Source: Bacteroidales bacterium
GTDB taxonomy: Bacteria; Bacteroidota; Bacteroidia; Bacteroidales; JAEINX01
DNA length: 63,338 nt
Assembly (NCBI GenBank): GCA_016342645.1
Contig: JAEINX010000005.1
Span: forward strand, 1 to 63,338
Direction: 5' to 3'
Positions 1 through 7,861 of this stretch are shown in pieces. The notes below the pieces were generated by a model. The model was not told where the DNA came from and searched no databases. It was given only the letters and a program-made list of their open reading frames with translations. Both the position numbers and the translations under genes were made by a program. How positions within the stretch are numbered: the stretch's first letter is position 1; each line of letters opens with the position of its first letter.

Positions 1-1
1 A

Positions 2-661
2 CAACCTGAAAAATGGAACAGAAAATTTGAATCAGCCGCTTTAATAAAAAATCTTTCACGCTTATTTATAAATAATTACAATATAAACCGTCAAAAATCC
101 TTAGACAATCAAAAACTTGATTTCTACGCCTCTAATCTTGAAAAAGTTTTGAAAAGATTATTGAAAGATAAAACAAAAAGAGAAGAAATTATTGAATGGC
201 TGCAATTATTTATACCTGAATTTGAAAATATTGAAATAAGCACAAATGAACTTTCAGGTGATGATTCATTATTGATTTATGAAAAATTTACGAAAAAGCC
301 ATTTTCAAAAAATTTGATTTCTGATGGGACTTATAATATACTTGCATTATTAACGGCAGTTTATCAGTCGGATGAACCACAGTTTTTATGTATCGAAGAG
401 CCGGAAAACGGATTAAATCCTCAAGTAATAAAAGAACTGGTCGGATTTTTCAGAGAAGCATGTGAAGAAAAGGGTCATTATATTTGGCTTACAACGCATT
501 CACAAACATTAGTTTCAGAACTTAAACCCGAAGAAATAATTATTGTTGATAAAAAAAATGGAGAAACAAAAATCAAACAATTTGAAAACATGAATTTACA
601 TGGTTTGAAAATGGATGAAGCATGGCTTTCAAATGTACTCGGTGGAGGATTGCCATGGTAA
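2..661 (+). CDS. ABC/AAA_21-type ATPase, C-terminal part (5' end lies off-window)
   Basis: The frame is open from the window edge, with no stop upstream of the listed TTG at 149. Walker B-like FLCIEEPENGLNP and H-loop-like LTTHSQ. The stop overlaps the next start (ATGGTAA). Confidence 0.7.
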   Translation, partial: QPEKWNRKFESAALIKNLSRLFINNYNINRQKSLDNQKLDFYASNLEKVLKRLLKDKTKREEIIEWLQLFIPEFENIEISTNELSGDDSLLIYEKFTKKPFSKNLISDGTYNILALLTAVYQSDEPQFLCIEEPENGLNPQVIKELVGFFREACEEKGHYIWLTTHSQTLVSELKPEEIIIVDKKNGETKIKQFENMNLHGLKMDEAWLSNVLGGGLPW

Positions 662-1230
662 ATGTTGGTTTTATTGGAGAAGGAAAAACAGAAACAATGA
701 TTCTAAACTCGGAATCATTTTTATTGTTTTTGAAAAAAGTTAATATAGAAATTGTTGGTGTTTTTGATGCAGGTGGGGAAGGCAATTTAAAAGTAGAAAG
801 TAAGAAAATTATCAGTTTCTTTGAAATCCTTTCTGACAGAAATGCTGATTTTGTTTTTTTATTAACCGATTTAGAGGAAGATCCCTGCATTACAGAAACT
901 AAAACTAAAATTTTAAAATTTTCTAAAAAGCAACAAATTGAAATCATTGCCGTAAAAACTATAGAATCATGGTTTTTGGCTGACTCTGAATCATTATCTG
1001 AAATTTTTAAAAGAAGATATCATTTTGAAAACCCTGAAAACATCGAAGGAAAACCTTTTGACTTAATTAGAGATGAATTTGTAAAAAATACTGGAAGAGG
1101 AATAAGTAAAGACAGATTAGCAAGAAAGATGTTAAATCATGGCTTTTCAGTTGAAAATGCCGCAAAACACGATAATTGTAATAGTGCAAAATATTTTATT
1201 AATAAATTAAAAGAAATATCCAATCAATAA
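655..1230 (+). CDS. Toprim-like / DUF4276-like protein paired with the upstream ATPase
   Basis: An in-frame ATG at 655 overlaps the upstream stop. The N-terminus MVNVGFIGEGKTE (EGxTE) and the later acidic LLTDLEED resemble OLD-family Toprim and DUF4276 proteins. Confidence 0.55.
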   Translation: MVNVGFIGEGKTETMILNSESFLLFLKKVNIEIVGVFDAGGEGNLKVESKKIISFFEILSDRNADFVFLLTDLEEDPCITETKTKILKFSKKQQIEIIAVKTIESWFLADSESLSEIFKRRYHFENPENIEGKPFDLIRDEFVKNTGRGISKDRLARKMLNHGFSVENAAKHDNCNSAKYFINKLKEISNQ

Positions 1231-1245
1231 CAAATACACTTAATA

Positions 1246-2934
1246 ATGAAACAATTAATTGAATGCGTCCCGAATTTTAGCGAGGGACGCGACATGAATA
1301 TAATTAAACAAATTACCGATGAAATTGAAAAAGTAGAAGGAGCAAAACTATTAGATGTTGATCCCGGTGCTGCAACAAATCGAACGGTTGTAACCATAGT
1401 CGGGACTCCGGACGAGGTTTGTGAGGCCGCTTTCCGAGCTGTCAAAAAAGCCTCGGAAATCATTGATATGAGAAAACATAAAGGCGAACATCCGAGAATG
1501 GGAGCTACAGATGTTTGTCCTTTGGTTCCGGTTTCAAATATTTCAATGGACGAGACTGTTGAATATGCCCGCAAGCTTGCAAAACGCATTGGAGAAGAAC
1601 TTGAAATATCGGTTTATTGTTACGAAAATGCTGCTTTCGCTGAAGAACGCAAAAATCTGGCGACCTGTCGTTCCGGCGAATACGAAGGAATGGCCGAAAA
1701 ATTGAAAATCCCTCGTTGGAAACCCGATTTTGGCCCGGCTGAATTAAATGTTAAAGCAGGAGTTACTGCCGTAGGAGCAAGAGATTTTCTTATTGCTTTT
1801 AATGTTAATCTTAACACAACTTCCACAAGGCGTGCAAATTCTATTGCATTTGATGTTCGCGAACGCGGACGTTCAAAACGTGAAGGTAATCCAATCACCG
1901 GAAAAATTGTGAAAGATGAGAACGGAAAACCGGTAATGATTCCGGGCAGCCTGAAATGCGTAAAAGGAATCGGTTGGTTTATTGAAGAATACGGAATTGC
2001 TCAAATTTCAATGAACCTGACAAATATTAGTATTACTCCCGTTCATATTGCTTTCGACGAAACCTGCAAAAAAGCTGAAGCAAGAGGAATCAGAGTAACG
2101 GGTTCCGAACTGGTTGGTTTAATACCTTTAAAGGCAATGCTTGATGCCGGAAAATATTTCCTTCGCAAGCAAGAGCGTTCTCTCGGTGTTTCACAAGATG
2201 AATTATTGAAAATTGCAGTGAAATCCATGGGACTTGATGACCTTAAACCATTTAATCCTAAAGAAAAAATTATTGAATTCATTCTTCAGGACGACAAAAA
2301 CGATAAACTCATTGATATGAATCTTGCCGAATTTGCCGACGAAACCGCTTCGGAATCACCGGCTCCAGGGGGTGGTTCAATTTCGGCTTATGTTGGTTCG
2401 CTCGGAATTTCACTCGCTACTATGGTCGCAAATCTTTCGTCACATAAAAGAGGTTGGGACGAACGCTGGGAAGAATTTAGCAATTGGGCCGAAAAAGGTC
2501 AAAAATTGAAAGATGAACTTTTGCACCTTGTTGACGAAGACACAAATGCATTTAATAAAATAATGGATGCTTTTGGGCTTCCAAAGAAAAGTCAGGAAGA
2601 AAAAGCTGCTCGTGCTCAGGCTATTGAAGATGCTTCAAAATACGCAATTGAAATTCCGTTTAAAGTGATGCAAAAATCTCTTGAATCAATGGAAATTATT
2701 AAAGCTATGGCTGAAATCGGGAATCCTAATTCGGTTTCCGATGCAGGTGTTGGGGCTTTGTGTGCAAGAACTGCCGTGATGGGTGCTTATTTAAATGTGA
2801 AAATAAATGCTTCGGGGCTTGATGATAAAGATTTTGTTAAAGAGAAGTTATCGGAGGGCTTGAAAATAGAAATAAAAACTAAGGAAGTTGAAGATGAAAT
2901 CTTAGAAATAGTGAATAAGAAAATTGTTTCTTAA
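1246..2934 (+). CDS. ftcD: glutamate formimidoyltransferase / formiminotetrahydrofolate cyclodeaminase (fused)
   Basis: The N-terminus LIECVPNFSEGRD is the classic formiminotransferase start. The 562-aa length fits an FT domain plus a C-terminal cyclodeaminase domain (ESPAPGGGSISA). Confidence 0.9.
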   Translation: MKQLIECVPNFSEGRDMNIIKQITDEIEKVEGAKLLDVDPGAATNRTVVTIVGTPDEVCEAAFRAVKKASEIIDMRKHKGEHPRMGATDVCPLVPVSNISMDETVEYARKLAKRIGEELEISVYCYENAAFAEERKNLATCRSGEYEGMAEKLKIPRWKPDFGPAELNVKAGVTAVGARDFLIAFNVNLNTTSTRRANSIAFDVRERGRSKREGNPITGKIVKDENGKPVMIPGSLKCVKGIGWFIEEYGIAQISMNLTNISITPVHIAFDETCKKAEARGIRVTGSELVGLIPLKAMLDAGKYFLRKQERSLGVSQDELLKIAVKSMGLDDLKPFNPKEKIIEFILQDDKNDKLIDMNLAEFADETASESPAPGGGSISAYVGSLGISLATMVANLSSHKRGWDERWEEFSNWAEKGQKLKDELLHLVDEDTNAFNKIMDAFGLPKKSQEEKAARAQAIEDASKYAIEIPFKVMQKSLESMEIIKAMAEIGNPNSVSDAGVGALCARTAVMGAYLNVKINASGLDDKDFVKEKLSEGLKIEIKTKEVEDEILEIVNKKIVS

Positions 2935-2947
2935 TTATGTTCGAATG

Positions 2948-2997
2948 AATGGTTATATTGTTAAAGCACATAAAAACAATTTAACAATATAACCATT
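2948..2997. terminator. bidirectional hairpin between convergent ftcD and the TPR gene
   Basis: Perfect 18-bp inverted repeat aatggttatattgttaaa / tttaacaatataaccatt with a 14-nt loop, placed between two convergent stop codons. Confidence 0.6.
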
Positions 2998-3004
2998 AAA
3001 CAAT

Positions 3005-3553
3005 TTATTTTTCCTCTTGTTGTGCTTTTGCTCTTTCTTCAATTTCCTTAATAATCTCTTCAGGGGTTTTTCCTAAGTTTTGAATAGAAACACGAGCATC
3101 GTCAGCAAATTCATTATCAGGATATTTTTCAATAAATTCTGTATAAAGTTTTCGTGCAAGATCATAGCTTTGCATATTGTTATCATAAACATAAGCCTTT
3201 AAAAACATACTTTCCGGTACTTTTCTATAATCAGGATACTCTCTGATAATCCGGTCGAAAAACCAGATTGCTTTGCTCGGATTTAGGATATTCATACAAA
3301 TATCTGCAGCTTTAAATATATATTCCGGCGAAAGTGTGTCATCAGGAAACTTATCAGCATAGTCTATATATGCATTTACCAATTCGGATGCTTGTTTTCG
3401 GTTTAAAACCATATCTTCACTCGAAAACAAATTGCTTTCCAATTCATTGATTTTTGATTTTGCTTCATTTTCCGGCGATGATGAACACGCAAAAAGTAAT
3501 ACTGAGATGACAGAAAGAAATGCCAATTTTTTCAAAATATTCATGTTTGTCAA
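3005..3553 (-). CDS. TPR-repeat lipoprotein (YbgF-like)
   Basis: Signal peptide with lipobox LLFAC. TPR-like helical repeats (YPDYRKVPESMFLKAYVY, YPDNEFADDARVSI). Confidence 0.6.
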   Translation of the reverse strand: MTNMNILKKLAFLSVISVLLFACSSSPENEAKSKINELESNLFSSEDMVLNRKQASELVNAYIDYADKFPDDTLSPEYIFKAADICMNILNPSKAIWFFDRIIREYPDYRKVPESMFLKAYVYDNNMQSYDLARKLYTEFIEKYPDNEFADDARVSIQNLGKTPEEIIKEIEERAKAQQEEK

Positions 3554-3609
3554 TTTTTTTTAGTTATTAAATATTAATTTTTGTATTCTTTTTATTAAGG
3601 TTAAGCATT

Positions 3610-4197
3610 TTATAAACTTCTTACATATTTTTTCTTTTTATTCCCAAACAACATTTTATAAGTTGCATTTACATTTCCCTTTGAAATATCCGTTAGTTTT
3701 CTTTTGATAAGCGTTTTACGGAGATTGTGGATTTTTTCAACAAATAAAATTCCCTGCAAATGATCATATTCATGCTGAATAATTCTGGCAATCATTCCTG
3801 AATATTTTTCATCATAAAAATTAAAATTTTCATCAAAATATTGAATTCTTACAGTTTGAGGACGCGAAACATATTCGGCAATACCCGGAAGACTTAAACA
3901 TGACTCTTTAAATTCCCATTCCTCTCCTTCTTCTTCAACAATTTCAGGATTAATAAAAACCTGTTTAAAATTTTCAGTTTCGGGATATTCTTCTTTGTAG
4001 GGATCAGCGTCAATTACAAAAAGGCTTATTGATAAATTTACTTGCGGAGCAGCTAAACCAACACCAACTGAATAATACATAGTTTCATACATATCCTCAA
4101 TAATTTCATTTAATTTAGGATAATCTTTATCAATTTCTTCTGCTTCTTTTTTTAAAACAGGGTGTCCGTAGGCTGTGATTGGAAATACCATTGTCAA
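3610..4197 (-). CDS. def: peptide deformylase
   Basis: All three deformylase motifs are present: GVGLAAPQV, ESCLSLPG (EGCLS-like) and QHEYDHLQG. Confidence 0.9.
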   Translation of the reverse strand: MTMVFPITAYGHPVLKKEAEEIDKDYPKLNEIIEDMYETMYYSVGVGLAAPQVNLSISLFVIDADPYKEEYPETENFKQVFINPEIVEEEGEEWEFKESCLSLPGIAEYVSRPQTVRIQYFDENFNFYDEKYSGMIARIIQHEYDHLQGILFVEKIHNLRKTLIKRKLTDISKGNVNATYKMLFGNKKKKYVRSL

Positions 4198-4199
4198 TT

Positions 4200-4613
4200 T
4201 TATTGATTTGCTTCTAAATATGATTGTAAAATCAAAGTTGCACTAATTTTATCAATTAATTCTTTATTTTGCCTATCCTTTTTCTTCAATCCGTAATCAA
4301 TCATCGACTGAAAAGCAATTTTTGAAGTAAAACGCTCATCATATTTTTTTATTGGAATTTCAGGGAATTCTTTTTTTAACTTTTTTATAAATATTTCAAC
4401 AAATTTTGCAGACTCCGAGGGTGAATTATTCATCTGCTTAGGCTCTCCAACAACAAAAAGATCAAGTTTTTCTTTTGAAACATAATCATTTAGAAAAGCA
4501 ATAACATCTTTTGAATGAATTGTAGTCAAAGCATTTGCAATTAATTTTAACTCATCAGTAACTGCTATCCCCACTCGTTTTTGTCCATAATCAATTGCCA
4601 GTATTCTTCCCAT
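4200..4613 (-). CDS. ruvX: Holliday junction resolvase-like nuclease RuvX/YqgF
   Basis: The internal start MGRILAIDYGQKRVGIAVTD is the canonical YqgF N-terminus. The listed 57-aa upstream extension is low-complexity and overlaps a repeat. The gene ends 2 nt before the def start. Confidence 0.85.
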   Translation of the reverse strand: MGRILAIDYGQKRVGIAVTDELKLIANALTTIHSKDVIAFLNDYVSKEKLDLFVVGEPKQMNNSPSESAKFVEIFIKKLKKEFPEIPIKKYDERFTSKIAFQSMIDYGLKKKDRQNKELIDKISATLILQSYLEANQ

Positions 4614-4770
4614 TTTATTATTATAAATGAAATCAAACGCAAAATAAAATGCAAAAGTACAAAATGTGTGATTTTCTCCAAAATTTATCTGCTTTCGGAT
4701 TAAATAATATTTTGTGGAAAACGAAAATTTAGACTTAATTCCGACAAATGTCTTGAAAAAATTCATCCTT

Positions 4771-4820
4771 ACGAAGCGAAGCAAGCGATATGAAGTTAGC
4801 CCGTATGGGTCCGTATGGAT
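4771..4820 (+). repeat. copy A of a dispersed GC-rich ~47-bp repeat (GAAGCGAAGCAAGCGACA..GTTAGCCCGTATGGGTCCGTATGG)
   Basis: Direct sequence match to 46967-47056 (same orientation) and 46618-46679 (inverted). Confidence 0.8.
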
Positions 4821-5052
4821 GACTTCAAGATTTTATTAAATGCTTCAATTTCAATACCGATGGGTTATCGTAACATATCGGGATTATATTTTATATATCT
4901 CTTGCCAAGCTGAAAAGTAAAAGAAATCAACCAAAAACTTCAGTTCAGTACTGGCCCTTATTAGTTTTTGTAAGAGTTCATTTAATGAAATGCTTTCTAT
5001 TGAGTTTGTGATTAAGTTATTGCTCATTTCTTTATTTATTGCTACGAATACA

Positions 5053-6501
5053 CTAATCTTTATTAGCGTATAATTTTTTTGTATAATATTTTTGCTTTGG
5101 GCTATTGGGTTTTTCAGGAATAGCTTGTAATAATATTCCTTTATCAATCAGAGGTTTAAGTATCTCTTTCCTAAAATATTCCCTGTCTTTAATCTCTATA
5201 AAGTTTTGAATTTCTTCTCTTTTTTTTGGTGTTTTACAAAATTGAATTATTTGTATTGTTCTTTCATCCCATTCCTTAGCTTGCGGGCTAGCTTGCGGGC
5301 TAGCTTGCGGGGTAACTTGCGGGCTAGTTTGCTCGGTATGTATAATTATTTTAAAAACATCTTCTTCAATCAATTCCGGTTGTTTATTTGAGAATGATGT
5401 ATAATATTTATTCAGATTACGCATCCCTGAACCTAATTCATCGGCATAACCTATTTCTTTAAAAACTCTTGCTATAACCGGATTTTTAGGAAAGGGTGAG
5501 AAATTATTTATGTCAATTTTCCCGAAACCGTGAGTTTTATTAGCATTTTCAAACAATACCCTGTTATTTTCTATTATCATTTTTGCAGGAAAAGGATTAA
5601 TATATTCGCGATGAATTAAAATATTGGCAATGGCTTCACGAAACATTTTGTTTCTTACACTAACCCTAATATCATTTTCCATATAGAAAGGGTCATGTAA
5701 ATGTTTTTCAATAAAGGCCATCAAACGATGATAGCTATCAATCAGATTGGTTCTTATATCATCACGGTCGTCGTATCTGTCAAGATTTTTCTTTCTTAAA
5801 ATAGCATCAGTGCGATGATGGGATAAAACGCCGAGTATTGTTTCATCTTTACCAAATAACAATATTGCTGCAAGCGTAAAACCTTCTTTGCCGCTTCTGA
5901 AATCTTTTTGATACAGACGCATACTTTGTAATATTTCTTCGTTGCTCATAGTTACCCAAGGATGATTAACTCCGCTTTGGTGTTTTGCCCGAAGTCTTAC
6001 TTTATCAATTAAATCACCCCTTAAATCAGATAAAGAAGCATAAGGGAAAATTCTATTCTCGGAATAAGTGCTTTGTTTTCGAATGTATAAATTACTAACA
6101 AGATTTTGATTATTACTAATATTAAAATCACCATCCTTGTTGCGGTCGAAAATTTTTCCGTTTGTTTGATGAACCTGCGAACTTTCGGGAATATAAATAC
6201 AGATAAGTTTTTTGTTTGCGATATCAACAACCTCAGGTGAAAAATAAAATGTAGGATTTAGTTTTTGAGAATTATTGGAAAGATTAATAAAATCATTTAT
6301 TATTTTCTCAACTTTGTCATTATTTACTCCATTAATTTTTCCGCTGTCGTTAACACCTAAAATAATATGACCACCCTTACGGTTTAAAAAAGCACAAACA
6401 GTTTCAAATACATCTTTATTTAGCGAGTCCTTCGATTCTTTAAACTCTATTTCAAGCCCTTCGCCTTGTGATATTATTTTTTTTAAATACTTTGCGTTCA
6501 T
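5053..6501 (-). CDS. AlbA_2/Schlafen-domain plus HATPase-like putative transcriptional regulator (COG2865-type)
   Basis: N-terminal EGLEIEFKES...FLNRKGGHIILGV (AlbA_2/divergent AAA). Central ANILIHREY...ELGSGMRN (ATPase-like). C-terminal winged-helix-like tail following a repeat linker. Confidence 0.75.
   Translation of the reverse strand: MNAKYLKKIISQGEGLEIEFKESKDSLNKDVFETVCAFLNRKGGHIILGVNDSGKINGVNNDKVEKIINDFINLSNNSQKLNPTFYFSPEVVDIANKKLICIYIPESSQVHQTNGKIFDRNKDGDFNISNNQNLVSNLYIRKQSTYSENRIFPYASLSDLRGDLIDKVRLRAKHQSGVNHPWVTMSNEEILQSMRLYQKDFRSGKEGFTLAAILLFGKDETILGVLSHHRTDAILRKKNLDRYDDRDDIRTNLIDSYHRLMAFIEKHLHDPFYMENDIRVSVRNKMFREAIANILIHREYINPFPAKMIIENNRVLFENANKTHGFGKIDINNFSPFPKNPVIARVFKEIGYADELGSGMRNLNKYYTSFSNKQPELIEEDVFKIIIHTEQTSPQVTPQASPQASPQAKEWDERTIQIIQFCKTPKKREEIQNFIEIKDREYFRKEILKPLIDKGILLQAIPEKPNSPKQKYYTKKLYANKD
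5279..5338. repeat. 12-bp tandem repeat (gcttgcgggcta, about 5 copies) inside the CDS
   Basis: Consecutive 12-nt units can be read directly. They encode SPQVTPQASPQASPQA in the minus-strand gene. Confidence 0.85.
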
Positions 6502-6976
6502 CTTTTTTTCTTTACGCTAATGTGCAAATTATTTTTTATTTACGTATTAGTGACTAATTGTTTTTCATATTTTTCTTTGCTCATCTCAAATTCCGGCACT
6601 AATATTTTTACCCCGCTCTACGAAAATTGCAATTTGTGTGCATTCAAACATCCTTGTTTCTTTATTAATTACACCTGAACTTGCTCCGCTACAAATGAGC
6701 CGACTAATCTTTTATTTGATAAAAACAGACATAAAATTTTTATAAAGGTATAAATTTAAAATATAATGTAGAATTTTTTTTTTATTTGGAGAGGATTGGC
6801 AAACTTCGCTCAGCACGGAAATACAACGGGTTTTCTCTTATAAAGAGCGTTTATTTTCATTATTTGGCGATTCTTAGTCTTGCAAAGATAATAAAACTTA
6901 TTTAAATGTCAAGAGGATTTTTTTGGAGTGGCAAGGTTTTTTTTGGGGGGGGTGTTTTTAGGGTTTGTTGTGTTTT

Positions 6977-7855
6977 TTATTTTTCAATTAGTTCTTTTAA
7001 CTCTGAATCAATAAATTTTAGCCCACATGATTTAGGCAATTTCAAATTATCGCAGAAAATAAATATTTCCCTACCTTTATAACTTCTTGCTGCAGAATAT
7101 TGAAGATTATATTTAAAATTTCTTCTATTTTTATATATACTAGTGATTTCAGGTACATTATCATAGGATAAAATCCAATGCTTTTTTACATTTTCTTGAA
7201 TGCTCATGGCGAGTCGTTTATGGTCATCAGGCAAATAAGAGTTGAGATAAAGATCTTTAGCTTTATTAAAATATGGAGGGTCAAAGTAAATCAAACAATT
7301 ATTATCTATGTTGGGAATGTAATTTTCTATATAGTATTCGGCATCAAGATTTGAAATAATAATATTATCACCATAAAGTCCAATTAATTCAATTCTCCTA
7401 ATAAGATCATTTATAGAAAAACGTGCATCCATTTTATAATTACCGTCTTGGTTCAAACCTCCTATTATACCTGCTTTTAAAACACCAGAGCGATTGCATC
7501 GATTCATATAAAAGGTTGAAAAACCCACTTCAAATAAATCATAATTTAAGGGTTCTTTCAATACTTCTCTACGAAATTTCCATTCTTCAATTGTTAGAGA
7601 AGCAGATGCTATTTTTTTACAAAGAAGTTCATTTTCATTCTTGACAGCATGCCAAAAAGCATATATTCTAATATCGGAGTCATTAAGGTGAACAAACTTA
7701 ACTTTCTTATTAAGTAATAGTTCTAGTGCAACACCTGCTCCACCCGCATAAGGTTCTGCGTAATGACCATTAATTTGGTTGCATTCAAGTATTTCTTGCA
7801 CAAATGGTGTCAATTTCTGTTTACCACCTGGATATCTTAACGGTGTTCTATTCAT
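6977..7855 (-). CDS. D12-class (Dam-like) N6-adenine DNA methyltransferase
   Basis: N-terminal PLRYPGGKQKL, AdoMet motif EPYAGGAGV, catalytic IYFDPPYF. Confidence 0.85.
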   Translation of the reverse strand: MNRTPLRYPGGKQKLTPFVQEILECNQINGHYAEPYAGGAGVALELLLNKKVKFVHLNDSDIRIYAFWHAVKNENELLCKKIASASLTIEEWKFRREVLKEPLNYDLFEVGFSTFYMNRCNRSGVLKAGIIGGLNQDGNYKMDARFSINDLIRRIELIGLYGDNIIISNLDAEYYIENYIPNIDNNCLIYFDPPYFNKAKDLYLNSYLPDDHKRLAMSIQENVKKHWILSYDNVPEITSIYKNRRNFKYNLQYSAARSYKGREIFIFCDNLKLPKSCGLKFIDSELKELIEK

Positions 7856-7861
7856 TTGATA

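Noticed and set aside
4614-4784. 57-aa N-terminal extension of the ruvX ORF.
   Set aside because: The canonical YqgF N-terminus starts at the internal Met (4613). The extension is hydrophobic and low-complexity and overlaps the dispersed repeat at 4771-4820.
5206-5391. The plus-strand ORF reads SLRASLRASLRGNLRASL, reminiscent of the GRASL peptide encoded by the REP palindrome at 32834 and 33371.
   Set aside because: The underlying DNA is different (gcttgcgggcta versus ccgtgcgtctct). The similarity exists only at the peptide level in a non-coding frame, so it is a coincidence.
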